Position numbers and translations under genes: made by a program. The notes under the pieces are model-generated. The model saw only the letters and a list, made by a program, of their open reading frames with translations. It was not told the DNA's origin and made no database searches. A stretch of DNA of 62,643 nucleotides, counting the filler. It is 8 parts of 8 records of this genome, joined end to end, with 100 filler letters (N's around TTAATTAATTAA, not from the genome) between each part and the next. Parts side by side here need not be neighbours in the genome. Positions count along the whole stretch, not along the records: positions 1 to 6,270 come from SRR2962707_5411; positions 6,371 to 18,270 come from SRR2962707_5412; 6 more parts are not named here. The stretch is one strand, 5' to 3'. Shown here in pieces: positions 1 to 11,775 of the stretch; within the stretch, counting starts at the first letter, position 1, and each line of letters opens with the position of its first letter.

Positions 1-26
1 ACAGACAGACAGACAGACAGACAGAC
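1..26 (+). repeat. (ACAG)n microsatellite at contig end
   Basis: About 6.5 perfect ACAG units. Confidence 0.95.
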
Positions 27-110
27 GCACGCCCACACGCACGCACTCAGTGACACAACTGTTTCCAGGAGGTAGGCGGCGCTATTTTGAGCAGAGTCTT
101 CAGCAGCACC

Positions 111-2114
111 ATGTCGAGTGCCGGCGTTCGAAAGAAGAAAACGACGAAGAAGTCGTCGGGGGTGGTGAAAAAGTACAAGGAGACGCTCGAGGCAGCCAAG
201 GCCGGCTCTCAGGCGAAGACCAAGAAGATCAAGGAAGCTACCGAGGCGGACACGGCCAAAGTCACGGAGACGGTCGATGTCAACAAGCTCAAAGCTGCCT
301 TCTCGGCTCTGAAGAAGGCCATGGCAGCGCACACCAAGGCTAAGGGCAAGACTCACCTTCGCAAGTTGAAGCTTGCCTACAAAGCTGCGGTGGCCGCTGG
401 CGTGAAAGGCGAAGTCGTGAAACGTGCGAAAGCGCAGATCCGCGCCGCTACGCCCAAGGCTGAGAAGAAAACGGACAAGAAGAAGAAGCCGAAGACTGCT
501 GCTGCTGCTGCTCCTAGTGTTGAGGACGAAGACGGGGCCGTGGACGCCGGTGAAGAGCCTGTGGAGGCGGAACAGGACGAAGCCGACGACACGGTGGATG
601 ACGTCGAACTCGATCTTAGCGACGATGACGACGACCAAGGTAAGGCCGACGAGGAGATCTCAGCAGCGCAGGCCCGTATTCCAATATTTGCATTTGACTG
701 CACAAGTTCAAATGTTTGTACGCTGGATGTTGCGCAGCTCTCGCGAGTCGTCTTGAATGTGTGTTTGGTTGACACCGCTGTTGTTGTGTAGGCAGAGGCA
801 GAGGCTGAAGCGGAAGCGGAAGCGCGGGCAGAGGCTGAAGCGGAAGCGGAAGCGCTGGCAGAGGCTGAAGCGGAAGCTGAGGCTGAGGCCGAGGCAGCAG
901 CAGAGGCCGAGGCCGAGGCACAAGCAGCCGTTATTGCCGAGGAGGAAGCGGCCATTACAGCTGCTGCCGAGGCTGAAGCGGAAGCCGAAGCGGCCGCCAA
1001 AGCAGCCGACAACGAGGCAGCTCTGGCCGCAGCGGCAGAACAAGAGCGTCTCGACGATCTGCGAGAGCAGCTTGAATTGAATGTCGAAGAAATGCTGCTC
1101 AACCTCGAGAACATGGATTTATTCACCGCCGCTGATATCGAGCGCGTACAGGACCTCACTGACCAGCTCATGGACGCCTTGGATGCAGCTCATGAACATG
1201 GTGGGCTCGAAGACTCAGCGACCATCAAAGAGGGCGACCGTAAGCTTATCGAATGCGAGGACACGCTCACTCGGCTTGAACGTCAGTCCGGCGAAGTTGA
1301 AGAGCACCGGCAGGCATTGAAGGAATTCACCGCGAATTACAAGGCCGTGGTGGCTGATATCGATGAGTACAAGCCGTTGACAGCAATCAAGATGAAACTT
1401 GCCGAGTCCATGCAGGCTTTGACCAACGCACAAACCGACGATGCTGAAGAGGTCAACGCTGCTGCAAAGCAGGCCATTGCCGCGGTAAATTGTTGTGCAG
1501 TTTTGCTTCTTCGTGAAGGGTCGGTGTGTGTGAAACAGCTTTCACTTCTCGAGAATGCTGATTGTGAATTCGCGCTGTCATCATGAAGGCTACTGTTCTC
1601 TTGGATGCCAAGATCGCTAAAAAGGAGGAACTTGAAGAGCAACAAGCAAACCAAGACCCTGAGGCCATGAAGCATTTCAGCGAGATTGACAACATGGTGT
1701 CGGTATGTCAAATGTGACCACCTGCTTCTGCATCATCTGTCTCCATTCCCGCCACGTTTCTCAGAGCCTGGTGCTGCGGCTTTCCGCCTTCCCCGGCTGT
1801 CTCTGTAGGTAATTGTCAAGCCTCGAGAGGTTCTTGATATCGATTTGGGCGTCTTGGCGGCAAAGCATATGTTGCGGTGGAAGATTTTGGTTAAGCCTGA
1901 GGCCATCAAGGCACAAGTGGTGCTCAATCGCTCAGATGGCAAGCCCTCGATGAACCTGGTCGCCCCCCGTAACATCAAGCAAAACGTGCTCGCAAAAGGC
2001 CTCGTGTACGTTCCATACCAAGGCCAAATTATTGTCAGTCTTAACAACAAGGCGTCCGGGAAAATGAAGTCTGTGAGCTACTCCATGGTCTTTGACAATA
2101 AGAAGAAACGGTAG
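111..2114 (+). CDS. Eukaryotic 4-exon gene: Lys/Ala-rich N-terminus, acidic tract, (AE)n repeat, coiled coil, C-terminal GOLD-like beta domain
   Basis: ATG at 111. Introns at about 672/676-791/795, 1485-1588 and 1703-1808 join ORFs 87..791, 792..1484, 1589..1702 and 1809..2114 in frame. The last exon (VIVKPREVLDIDL..LRWKILV..IKAQV..G..G..SLNNKAS..KSVSYSM) has the spacing of SEC14/ACBD3-type GOLD domains. Confidence 0.7.
792..1000 (+). repeat. Coding tandem repeat encoding (Ala-Glu)n
   Basis: GCAGAGGCTGAAGCGGAAGCGGAAGCG recurs with a 30-nt period (798, 828) and decays downstream. Confidence 0.85.
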
Positions 2115-2356
2115 ACAAGCAAGCTAGCCGCAGGGACCCCGAGTGTTGGTGGTGTGCTCCAAGACGTTATGGAACGGCAATGCGGGCTTTGCATTGGCAA
2201 GCACTGTGTCAATGAAACACGACAGCGATTGGCCGGAAAAATCTGTGTGCTTTAAATTAGGGGGAACTTGAATGTTATCAGCATTCCATTGTAACGGTAT
2301 TGTAGCACCACCATGGGTACGTTTTTCACAGTGTGCGCGAGTTGAAACTTCAGTCA

Positions 2357-5300
2357 TCAATCTATTTCGTATGCTGCGAATTGACGTTGCAGCAGAGGGC
2401 GCTTGGGTACTCGGCGCTTAGGCACAGCATGTCCATTGCTATCGTACTGCGGAAGTTGGGGTTGATCTTCAGCATGCTGTTCTTTGATCTCCATGACCAG
2501 GCGAGAGCGGCACGCAACGCGTACAATTTTCTTACCATCCTGTGTCGAAAGCGCACGAATGTACACTCTCCGAGTGAAAAAGGGGTCAACAGCAATGAAC
2601 GGCAACAGAAACCAGTCACAAAGCATCACAGTGCTCACCTCCGCATTGTCGCTGTCCACTTCAGCGACTGGTTCGCCTGCAGCATTGGTTGAATCAGTAA
2701 TTTCGCACACCACGTTTGACAAAAAAATTCCAAAGCATCCCAACACAACAAAAAGCACCTTCGCCAATCGCTCACCGTTGTGAACAGCGCCGTAGCTGAA
2801 CACATCCACTGTGTAGCTTTCCAAAACAACTGCACGGTAAGGTAATCCTACACTCGTTGCTGCCGATGCTGCCGTCCCACCGTCCGGCCTCTGTGCTTCT
2901 CTTGCTTGAAACGAGCCCTCGTCAGTGCGTGGAGGATGAATGCCATGTATAATGTGACAATCTAGTAGAATCGGCGTTGCAATTTTTCTGCCAAAGGCGG
3001 CAAGCTCATAGCCATTTTGTTGAGCAAGAGTCGCAATTCCCATCATAAAATCCATAAGGACGTCCCGGGACGCAACAAGGGCAACAATGGAGATCAGTGC
3101 CTGGTTTGCATGTTACGACACATCAAGTTGTCAGTACTGGTCCAAAAACATCCGTCGCTCGTCTGATGCTATCACTATGCCAAAAAATACTGACTTCCAC
3201 CGCAGTTCGCTCACTCTTTGCTTGCTTTGGGTTCGGTCGGCCGGCGGCATCGAGTTGCAGCAGTCGAAAAAATCTCGCGCGAAGTGCAGCCTCCAGACTA
3301 GCATAGTCACCTTGAAACATTTCCCATCTTCCAGTAGCTTCTGAAAAGAAGAACGGCGGCTCTCGTGGAAAGAAGTTTGAGACGTACTGGTCTGCTTTGG
3401 ATGCCACAACTGCATCCTCATCGGGAGAGGAAACAAACTTAAAAAAGCCCCTGGCGGAACGTGCAGACCAGCACCGTTCAACGCGCATACAAAAGGAGCG
3501 ATACACAATAATCTCATCACACCAGACCATCATTCAATGGCAGCACAAAAAAGTATATTGCAACCGCTACATTCATCACACGTACCGAAGCCGCGGCAAC
3601 AACACAAGTGCATCCTCTAGTCCCGCATGAACACGCCCCCTTTCGCCGCCGCGCTGAACTTTGTGGATGTTGATTTGCTTCTCCCGGCACATGGACACCT
3701 TTGACTGCAGGAAGTCCAAGAGCTCCGTTTGAAGATTTTCTGGTGCGGTGGTATCCAGAAGCACAGGCGGCACAAGTCAATGTCCCGCCGCACCGGGGCA
3801 TGAATAGATACTTCAAACTTCGAAATCACCTCATACAAACCCAATCACTCACCCACTGGCGGCACGAAGCGAAATCCGGCAACTAAATCCTCCAGTTTAG
3901 TTAGATTTTCAATCGCTTCACAAAGGCCATACTCATCTGTTTCGGCATTGAGGCGGTGCAACTGATTTCCGCCAAGTAAAAACAAATTCGCAAACTCATG
4001 AGCGTGAGAGTTAGAGAAGCCCATAGAGGGGGCTAAGCACCGTGAAACCATTGTGACACAAACAAAACACGCACCCTGGCGGTCTCCACACATTGCAACC
4101 ATACATCAAGGGTGGATGCTGGAGACCATTCCGTATCGGGACGTGACGAAGGTTTTGAACGTTCTTCGATGGGGTTAGCACCAGCGATTAGCCTTCCTGG
4201 AGCAATCACACTTTGCAAGCTGCTCAGCGCTTTCATCCACCGATCCCTCTCGTTTGTGCTTTCGGCGTGTAAAACATATTCCGTTACTTCGGCATTTGCA
4301 TCACTGGATGCCGCCGAAGACGATGTTTTCAAAGCCGCCCCTGTTCGGCGAACTGGGGAGCTAATGGTGAAAGTAGTTTCGGAGTCGCGAACCCGTGCGA
4401 GCCTGCAGTCAGCAAGGCGCCCGATTGCAACGACATCGTCAGCGTCGCGGCGCCGGGAACTGCTCTTGGCATCAGGTGTTAATGGAAACGCATGAGTGCC
4501 CGAAGATGCCAGAACAGCAGACGATGAGGAAGCCGATGAGGACGAGTTGGACGAATTTGATCGACGGTAACATATCGTTAGATCGTCCCTGACGTAAAAG
4601 AACCGTTTTTGTGCCTTCTGCCGAAGACGTAATCCAGAAGGCCTCCGTGATTTCGACTGTTTCGACTGCTTGCGCAAGAATCCTTGTGAATTCAGGCCTG
4701 ATTGGTGGCAATAGTCGACAAGCTCTTGATCATACCGTGTGTCTGACGCAGGCTTCCAGTTCGAAAGAAGCTCACCAGTATATCGCGACATGGCACGAGA
4801 TTCTGCGCGGCTACCATTAGGGCCGTCCGCTCCGACACCGAAAGCAGTTTCACGTTGACCAGATCCCCTTCCCAAGCCAGTATGGGTCACCCATGTGCTG
4901 CCCGTAGCGCCTCCGTTGCGTGCCTTTATGCCGTTCCATTGATCAAGACTCTGGGTCAGACGCTTACGAATGACATTAATTTCCGCACTTTTTTGAGCCC
5001 GAATTTTGGACAGATATTTCTCGTCGCGCTCCCACTTCTGCGCTAGTGCGAGTTGACGGCTACGAAGGGTATCCAGCATTGACTTCAGCTTTCGAAGCGT
5101 CGCTGGAGGTTTTGTCCCAGACAGTCCAGCATCACCAGAGCCGTCGTTGGCATCACCGATCTGATACTCTGCAACCATCCTTGCGAGTTCAGCTTCAGCC
5201 ATTTTAGAGCGCTGCAAAGTGCTCTGCACAGTTGTTTCGAGATGGAGCGAACGACTTACTCGTCTCCGGGCCTGATGAGCCATCTGGCCAATCAGCAGCG

Positions 5301-6186
5301 ACTGGCCCGCTGGACTCCCAACGACAAGTGTTTCGTCGAAACTTCGTCGTCGATTGAGGCTGCTGGACAAGAACGGTGAACCATCGTTGCCCATGGCAGC
5401 CACTGCCATGCCCCCCATCGCTGGTACAGATCTGGCGCCACGCTCCTCCCACGAATTCGTCGACTGACCTCCTTGCAGTGGCGTGGCAGCTGCGCCCACT
5501 AAATCCAGAGTTCCCGCTTGGTTGTCGCCACGATAATCTTCTTTCTCAAACTCATCGCCTACAGCGTCGTGATCATCACTGTCGGAGTCACTCGCTTCGT
5601 CGTGCGGTTTCTGCGCTAGACCGTCTGGATCTTGATGAGCCCGGGCATCAGCACTATTCCCTCGGCCACGGGCTATGGCACGAGGGCCACTGCTCGAAGT
5701 CCTGCCCCCAGTCACAATTGCGGAGCTTGTTGACCTGACCAATCGGCCTGGAGCCGTGCTGTTCAAGTTGTTTCGGACTGACTGAGAGCCTGAGGTACTA
5801 GGGCTACTCAGAGCGTTGGACCTGGAGGTGGACGTCAAAAAAGTGTGCACCTCAGGGAGCAGCACGTCGAGCTCCAGCAACTGGTTCATGAAGCGTTCCA
5901 GCATGCGCTGTCTGGAGGCAATCGTGGCGGGAGTCCGACTGCGGAACCACACCTTCGGAGGGAAAGGGAAGTTCTGGACCTGGTAGCCGTTGCGAGTGTA
6001 CTTCTTGAGCAGCTTGGACCGCAGCTGGTGAAAGTCGGAGAACCTGCGCCACAGCTCCCACGTGGAGCCAGCCTGCTTGTCGGCGACTTGCACGCGGTAC
6101 GCTGTGAAGCGCTTGCCACCCTCGTCGTCGTGGCCAGATTTGAAATCCACGATCGCCACGTGTGTGTGCTTGGGGTTGAAAGTCAT
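2357..6186 (-). CDS. Eukaryotic multi-exon PX-domain / coiled-coil / PH-domain protein with unassigned C-terminal region
   Basis: PX motif FTAYRVQV..WELWRRFSDFHQLRSKL..FPPK..RQRMLERFMNQLL. PH motif QGFLRKQ..QKRFFYV..YVLHAESTNERDRWMKAL. Introns near 4104-3995, 3850-3740, 3585-3450, 3195-3100 and 2638-2540 keep the frame through to the stop at 2357. The 3' end is uncertain. Confidence 0.75.
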
Positions 6187-6246
6187 GGCGAACAACAACC
6201 CGCTGCGGTCAGCAGTTGCAGGTTGATTGCTTCCTTCTTGTTTTGT

Positions 6247-6270
6247 CTTCTTCTTCTTCTTCTTCTTCTT
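6247..6270 (+). repeat. (CTT)n microsatellite at contig end
   Basis: Eight CTT units before the spacer. Confidence 0.9.
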
Positions 6271-6370
6271 NNNNNNNNNNNNNNNNNNNNNNNNNNNNNN
6301 NNNNNNNNNNNNNNTTAATTAATTAANNNNNNNNNNNNNNNNNNNNNNNNNNNNNNNNNNNNNNNNNNNN
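6271..6370. other. Artificial contig-joining spacer 1
   Basis: 44 N + TTAATTAATTAA (stops in all six frames) + 44 N. Sequence style switches from intron-containing eukaryotic to high-GC bacterial across it. Confidence 0.99.
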
Positions 6371-6400
6371 CTCCCTTGGGAGAAGGACAGGATGAGGGGC
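6371..6400. repeat. Partial alphaproteobacterial intergenic palindromic repeat (CTCCC..GGGAGAAGG..GGATGAGGGG type)
   Basis: CTCCCTTGGGAGAAGGACAGGATGAGGGGC at the contig break resembles RIME/CIR-like repeats of Alphaproteobacteria. Confidence 0.5.
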
Positions 6401-6401
6401 T

Positions 6402-6857
6402 TCACCGCCGCTGTTTGAAAAAATCCTTCAGCAACGCGGCAGCGTCGCTTTCCATCAGGCCGCCGATGACCTCCGGCGCGTGATGGCAGGTTGCGTGTGA
6501 AAACACCCGCGCGCCGTGTTCGACCCCGCCGCCCTTGGGGTCATAAGCCGCGAACACCACCCGGCGGAGACGCGCCAGTGAAATCGCCTGAGCACACATC
6601 GCGCACGGCTCCAGCGTCACGAACAGGTCCAGGTCGCCGAGCCGGGGCGAACCCGCCTGTTCGGCGGCGGCGCGAATGACCAGCACTTCCGCATGCGCCG
6701 TCGGATCGGACAGCTCCTCGACCCGGTTGCCGGCGCTGGCCACGACGGTCCCGTCGGCACGGGCCAGGACGGCGCCGACCGGCACCTCGCCGCGCCCAGC
6801 GGCAAGCCGCGCCTGCGCCAGGGCCTCCGTCATCAATTCGCTGTCTCTTGCGCTCAT
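6402..6857 (-). CDS. tadA: tRNA-specific adenosine deaminase
   Basis: GEVPVGAV, DPTAHAEV and TLEPCAMC zinc motifs, and C-terminal LLKDFFKQRR. The start is taken at ATG 6857. Confidence 0.9.
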   Translation of the reverse strand: MSARDSELMTEALAQARLAAGRGEVPVGAVLARADGTVVASAGNRVEELSDPTAHAEVLVIRAAAEQAGSPRLGDLDLFVTLEPCAMCAQAISLARLRRVVFAAYDPKGGGVEHGARVFSHATCHHAPEVIGGLMESDAAALLKDFFKQRR

Positions 6858-6934
6858 GCGCCATTGGTGACGCCCGATCCGGCTCCGGTCAAGCACGCTT
6901 GACTTTCCGCCCGCAGCACAGCACGACAGGCATT

Positions 6935-7681
6935 ATGGCAAAGAAACCACAAAGCACATCCGCCGGAGAACGCATCGCCAAGGTCATGGCCCGTGCCGGG
7001 CTCTGTTCCAGGCGCGAAGCCGAACGCTGGATCGAAGCCGGCCGGGTCGAGGTCAACGGCAAGAAGCTGACGACACCGGCCTGCGTCATCAACCCCGGCG
7101 ATACCGTCGTCGTAGACGGCAACGTCCTGCCCGACAAGGAGCCGACGCGGCTGTGGCGCTACAACAAACCGGCCGGTCTGGTGACCTCGCACAAGGACCC
7201 GGAAGGCCGCAAGACCGTGTTTCAGGCGTTGCCCGCACACATGCCCCGGGTCATTTCCGTGGGCCGGCTGGATCTCAATTCCGAAGGGCTGTTGCTACTG
7301 ACCAACGACGGCGAACTGGCCCGCAAACTGGAATTGCCGGAAACCGGCTGGACGCGGCGTTACCGGATTCGCGTGCACGGCAATGCCGATACCAAGCAAC
7401 TGCTGTCGCTGGGCCACGGCGTCACCGTCGACGGCGTCAAATACGGCCCCGTCACCGCCAACTTCGATTCCCGCACCGGGGCCAACGCCTGGATGACGGT
7501 GACCCTGAAGGAAGGCAAGAACCGTGAAGTCCGCAAGGTCATGGAACACATCGGCCTGACCGTGAACCGGCTGATCCGGACCGCCTACGGCCCGTTCCAG
7601 ATCGGCAACTTGCCGCAGGGCGAGGTCGAGGAAGTCCGTCCCAAGGCGCTTCGCGAACAGGTGGGCATGCTGCTGAAATGA
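6935..7681 (+). CDS. rluB: RsuA/RluB-family rRNA pseudouridine synthase with S4 domain
   Basis: S4 domain ERIAKVMARAGLCSRREAE, YNKPAG, catalytic VGRLDLNSEGLLLLTNDG, and EGKNREVR. Confidence 0.88.
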   Translation: MAKKPQSTSAGERIAKVMARAGLCSRREAERWIEAGRVEVNGKKLTTPACVINPGDTVVVDGNVLPDKEPTRLWRYNKPAGLVTSHKDPEGRKTVFQALPAHMPRVISVGRLDLNSEGLLLLTNDGELARKLELPETGWTRRYRIRVHGNADTKQLLSLGHGVTVDGVKYGPVTANFDSRTGANAWMTVTLKEGKNREVRKVMEHIGLTVNRLIRTAYGPFQIGNLPQGEVEEVRPKALREQVGMLLK

Positions 7682-8241
7682 GGATCGTTGCCGGCACGTT
7701 CAAAGGCCGCCGCCTGCTCGCCCCTGAAGGCCGCGACATCCGCCCGACATCCGACCGGGCCCGCGAAAGCATTTTCAACATCATCGAGCATGCGCCGTTC
7801 GCCCCTGAACTGAAGGGCGGGTCCGCCATCGACATCTTCGCCGGCACCGGGGCCATGGGGCTCGAAGCCATGAGCCGGGGCGCGGCGCCGGTGACGTTCA
7901 TCGATATCGACGACGTGGCCCGCGCCACCGTCCTCAAGAACGCCGGAACCATGGGCCAGGGCCGCAGCGTCACAGTGCTCCGGCTCGACGCCACGAAAAT
8001 GCCGCCACCGCCGCGGATCGCAGAATGCCCGGCTCGCTTTGCGTTTTTGGATGCGCCCTATGATCAGGACATATCGGGGCCGTCTTTGCTGTCTCTTCTA
8101 TCGCGGGGCTGGGTCGCATCAGGCAGCCTGTGCGTGGTCGAAACCCCATCGGACAGGGCGTTCGACGCGCCGCGCGGCTATTCGCTCGAAGACCAGCGAA
8201 AATATGGCCGGGCGATGGTGAGTTTTCTCAGCGTCGACTAG
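7678..8241 (+). CDS. rsmD: 16S rRNA m2G966 methyltransferase
   Basis: MRIVAG..KGRRL, IRPTSDRARESIFN, DIFAGTGAMGLEA and FLDAPY. ATGA overlap with the upstream stop. Confidence 0.92.
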   Translation: MRIVAGTFKGRRLLAPEGRDIRPTSDRARESIFNIIEHAPFAPELKGGSAIDIFAGTGAMGLEAMSRGAAPVTFIDIDDVARATVLKNAGTMGQGRSVTVLRLDATKMPPPPRIAECPARFAFLDAPYDQDISGPSLLSLLSRGWVASGSLCVVETPSDRAFDAPRGYSLEDQRKYGRAMVSFLSVD

Positions 8242-8261
8242 AGCGGTCTCTCGGCAGGGTC

Positions 8262-8287
8262 CCCTCTCCCCCGTGAGAGGGTTTTTT
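8262..8287 (+). terminator. Rho-independent terminator after rsmD
   Basis: CCCTCTC-ccccgt-GAGAGGG followed by T6. Confidence 0.7.
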
Positions 8288-10128
8288 CAGCGCCGCCCAA
8301 ACAGCTTTTCGATATCCGCCAGTTTCAGCTCGACATAGGTCGGCCGCCCGTGGCTGCACTGGCCGGAATGGGGCGTCGCTTCCATTTCGCGCAAAAGCGC
8401 GTTCATTTCATCCGCCGTCAGCCGCCGCCCGGCGCGGATCGAGCCGTGACACGCCATGGTCGCGCAGACTTCGTCGATCTTCTTTTCCAGGGCGATGGCC
8501 CCGTCGAATTCGGCCAGATCGTCGGCGAGATCGCGGATCAGGCCCTGCACATTGGTTTCGCCCAGAAGCGCCGGCACTTCGCGCACGGCGACCGCACCGG
8601 TGCCGAACGGCTCGACCGCCAGCCCCAGCGCCGCCAGTTCATCGGCCCGCGCCAGCACCCGCTCGCAGGCGCTGTCGTCCATCTCCACCACTTCCGGAAT
8701 CAAAAGCATCTGCCGCTGTACGCCGCCCGATGCCATGGCCTTCTTGATCTTTTCCTGGGTCAGGCGTTCGTGCGCCGCATGCTGGTCGACGACAACGATG
8801 CCGTCACCGGTCTGGGCGACGATATAGGTCTGGTGCACCTGTGCGCGGGCCACGCCCAGCGGATGATCCTGCGACGGGGCGCGGTCGAATTCATCATCGT
8901 TTTCCATGCGTGCCGAGGGCGCCGCATCGAACCCATCGAGTGGGCGATAGAAATCCCGGCTGCGGTCGGCAAGACCGTGACCCGGCGCCGGATCGGGGCG
9001 ATAGGCGTAAGCACCGCCACTGCCCCCCGGATGTCCGCCGCCGCTGCCACGGCCCATCGGCAGCCCGCCCGGCCGGAACGCACCGAGCGCACTTTCCGCC
9101 ACCGTGGTCGAGGCCCGGTGCCCGGCTTCGGCCAGACCGTGACGCAGCGCACCGACGATCAGGCCCCGCACCATCGCCGCATCGCGGAACCGCACCTCGG
9201 TTTTTGCCGGATGCACGTTGACGTCGACATGACGCGGCGGCATTTCCAGAAACAGCGCCAGCAACGGATGCCGGTCGGATGCCAGGAATTCCCGGTACGC
9301 GCCACGGACTGCGCCCAGCAGAAGCTTGTCGCGGACCGGGCGGCCGTTGACGAACAGGAACTGCATCTGCGCATTGCCCCGGTTCAGCGTGGGGACGCCC
9401 GCATAGCCGGTGAGTCGGTAGCCTTCCCGTTCGGCATCGATGGCAAAGGTGTTCTCACGGAAATCCTTCCCCATGATGGCGCCGAGCCGCTCCAGCCGGG
9501 CGTCGAACAGATCGCCGGTTTCGGGTAACAGCTTCATCACGTCGCGGTTGCCGTCGTTCAGCGTAAAGCCGATTTCCGGATGCGCCATGGCAAGGCGCTG
9601 CATCACTTCGACAATGCGCGACTGTTCGGTGCGGGCGGTTTTCAGAAACTTGAGCCGGGCCGGGGTTGCGTAGAAAAGATCGCGAACCTCGATCCGCGTG
9701 CCCTGCGACAGTGCCGCCGGTTCCGGCGGGCTGATCCGCCCGCCTTCGACCTTCAACACCCAGGCGCCGTCACCGTTCACGGTGCGGCTGGTGATCGACA
9801 TGCGGCTGACCGCACCGATCGACGGCAATGCCTCGCCCCGGAAACCGAGCGTCGAGATCGTCGTCAGGTCTTCGTCGGGCAGCTTCGATGTGGCGTGACG
9901 TTCGACGCACAGCAACAGCTCGTCCGCGGTCATCCCCCGCCCGTCGTCGGTGACGGTGATCGAGGTCTGGCCGCCGTCGCGCACTGCAACGTCGACCCGC
10001 ATCGCCCCGGCATCGATGGCGTTTTCCACCAGTTCCTTGACCGCAGAGGCCGGCCGCTCCACCACTTCCCCGGCGGCGATCTGGTTGACCAGGGTTTCCG
10101 GCAGCCGGCGGATCGTTCCTGCCGTCAT
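8287..10128 (-). CDS. mutL: DNA mismatch repair endonuclease MutL
   Basis: [37 protein letters not shown], endonuclease motif [11 protein letters not shown] and CSHGRP. Confidence 0.98.
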   Translation of the reverse strand: MTAGTIRRLPETLVNQIAAGEVVERPASAVKELVENAIDAGAMRVDVAVRDGGQTSITVTDDGRGMTADELLLCVERHATSKLPDEDLTTISTLGFRGEALPSIGAVSRMSITSRTVNGDGAWVLKVEGGRISPPEPAALSQGTRIEVRDLFYATPARLKFLKTARTEQSRIVEVMQRLAMAHPEIGFTLNDGNRDVMKLLPETGDLFDARLERLGAIMGKDFRENTFAIDAEREGYRLTGYAGVPTLNRGNAQMQFLFVNGRPVRDKLLLGAVRGAYREFLASDRHPLLALFLEMPPRHVDVNVHPAKTEVRFRDAAMVRGLIVGALRHGLAEAGHRASTTVAESALGAFRPGGLPMGRGSGGGHPGGSGGAYAYRPDPAPGHGLADRSRDFYRPLDGFDAAPSARMENDDEFDRAPSQDHPLGVARAQVHQTYIVAQTGDGIVVVDQHAAHERLTQEKIKKAMASGGVQRQMLLIPEVVEMDDSACERVLARADELAALGLAVEPFGTGAVAVREVPALLGETNVQGLIRDLADDLAEFDGAIALEKKIDEVCATMACHGSIRAGRRLTADEMNALLREMEATPHSGQCSHGRPTYVELKLADIEKLFGRR

Positions 10129-11687
10129 GCGCCTCGCATCCTTTTCAGCACGCCCAGCAGCGGCACCAGCGACGGCGGCGCGTTCGCGGGATCATCGAGC
10201 ACCGGCAGGATGCCGTCGCTCAGGGTCTTGCCAAGCTCGACCCCCCACTGGTCGAATGGATTGATGCCCCAGATCGCGCCCGCACAGACGGTCTTGTGTT
10301 CATACAGCGCAATCAGCTTGCCCAATATACGCGGCGTCAGGTCCCGGTAGACGATCACCGTCGACGGCCGGTTGCCCGGATAATGCCGGTGCGGCTCGGC
10401 CATGTTCTCGCGCCCGAAGGCCAGCGCGTCGGCCTGCGCCAGGGCGCCGGAAATCAGAAGATCATGAAGGCCTTCATCGCCTGCGGCGGTCTGTGCCGGG
10501 AGCAGGATATCCACCGGGGTCGTCGTCATCCCCTGGTGAAGCTGCTGGAAGAACGCATGCTGGGCATTGACGCCGATGCCGCCGAAGACGATCGGCTGGG
10601 TGGCGTAGTCGATGGGATAGCCGTTTTCGGTGACGCGCTTGCCGTTGCTTTCCATTTCAAGCTGCTGCAGATGGCTGATCATCCGTTGCAGCCGGGTGTC
10701 ATAGGGCACGCAGGCCTCGGCGGTGTAGCCCATGAAACTGGCATTCCATACGGTCAGCAGGGCCAGCATCAACGGCGCGTTTTCCAGCACCGGGGCGCTC
10801 AGCAAATGGCTGTCCATATCCCGGGCGCCGGAACGGATCTCCTGAAAAATGTCCCAGCCGAACGCCAGCGCCACGGGCAGACCGACCGCCGAACACAATG
10901 AATAGCGCCCGCCGACCCAGTCCCACATGGGAAAGGTGTTGGCTTCGGAAATGCCGAACTTGTCGACTTCCGCCCCGTTGGCACTGACGGCGGCAAAGTT
11001 GCCGGCCCACTCCCCGCCAAGCCCGGCTTGCATCCACGATCGTGCCCGTTCGGCGTTGGCCTGGGTTTCCATGGTCGTGAACGACTTCGAGATCACCACG
11101 ACGAGGGTATCGTCCGGGCGCAGACCGTCGAAGGCCCGGACAAACGCCGTACCGTCGATGTTGCCGCAAATCCTGACATCCAGCGGCATCGGATAGCGGT
11201 CGCGCAATGCATCGAGCGCTAAAACTGGCCCCAGTTCCGAACCGCCGATACCGATGGCGACGACGGCACGGAACGGCACCCCGGCCGCAGACAGACGTGA
11301 GCCGTCATGCACCCCGCGCACGAAGTCCAGGAGCTTTTCATCGGCGGCGCTGCAGATCTCCATGACATCGGCCCCCGCCCCGGGGGTGCCGCGGACGGCG
11401 GTATGCAGGGCGGCGCGGCCTTCGCTGACGTTGACGGTTTCGCCTTCGGTCATGCGCCGCAGAAAATCGGCAATGCCAGCCGCATCCGCCAGCGCCTGCA
11501 GGCCGCCCAGCACCTCACCGGTGACGAGCTGGCGCGAAAAATCGATATACAGATCGCCGAGATCGAGGGTGCAGCTTTCCGCCCGCCGGGCATCACCGGC
11601 AAACAGATCGGCAAGCGTGGTCCCGCGCATCTGATCGCGCGTATTCTGCAGGGAACGCCAGGCGTCGGTTTCGGAAATCAGCGACAT
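10125..11687 (-). CDS. pgi: Glucose-6-phosphate isomerase
   Basis: [46 protein letters not shown] and [10 protein letters not shown]. The start is taken at ATG 11687. Confidence 0.96.
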   Translation of the reverse strand: MSLISETDAWRSLQNTRDQMRGTTLADLFAGDARRAESCTLDLGDLYIDFSRQLVTGEVLGGLQALADAAGIADFLRRMTEGETVNVSEGRAALHTAVRGTPGAGADVMEICSAADEKLLDFVRGVHDGSRLSAAGVPFRAVVAIGIGGSELGPVLALDALRDRYPMPLDVRICGNIDGTAFVRAFDGLRPDDTLVVVISKSFTTMETQANAERARSWMQAGLGGEWAGNFAAVSANGAEVDKFGISEANTFPMWDWVGGRYSLCSAVGLPVALAFGWDIFQEIRSGARDMDSHLLSAPVLENAPLMLALLTVWNASFMGYTAEACVPYDTRLQRMISHLQQLEMESNGKRVTENGYPIDYATQPIVFGGIGVNAQHAFFQQLHQGMTTTPVDILLPAQTAAGDEGLHDLLISGALAQADALAFGRENMAEPHRHYPGNRPSTVIVYRDLTPRILGKLIALYEHKTVCAGAIWGINPFDQWGVELGKTLSDGILPVLDDPANAPPSLVPLLGVLKRMRGA

Positions 11688-11775
11688 GGGCACTTGTATC
11701 AAAAGCCCGCGCCCGGTGCCACCTTGGAAACGCCGCGCGGACGAGGAATCGCGCGTCCCGAAGGATAAGGGCGCC

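Noticed and set aside
377..1171. 264-aa minus-strand ORF with (AS)n repeat, and the (KR)n ORF at 757..1080
   Set aside because: These are shadow frames of the (AE)n coding repeat.
6315..6326. TTAATTAATTAA palindrome repeated seven times as a biological repeat or CtrA-like site
   Set aside because: It is always centred in 88 N and is an artificial six-frame-stop linker.
6186..6857. Bacteria-to-eukaryote gene transfer suggested by adjacent eukaryotic and bacterial genes
   Set aside because: The genes are separated by an artificial spacer, so there is no real adjacency.
8040..8065. DAPY instead of DPPY in RsmD
   Set aside because: This is a single substitution with all other motifs intact, which is not enough to infer a changed function.
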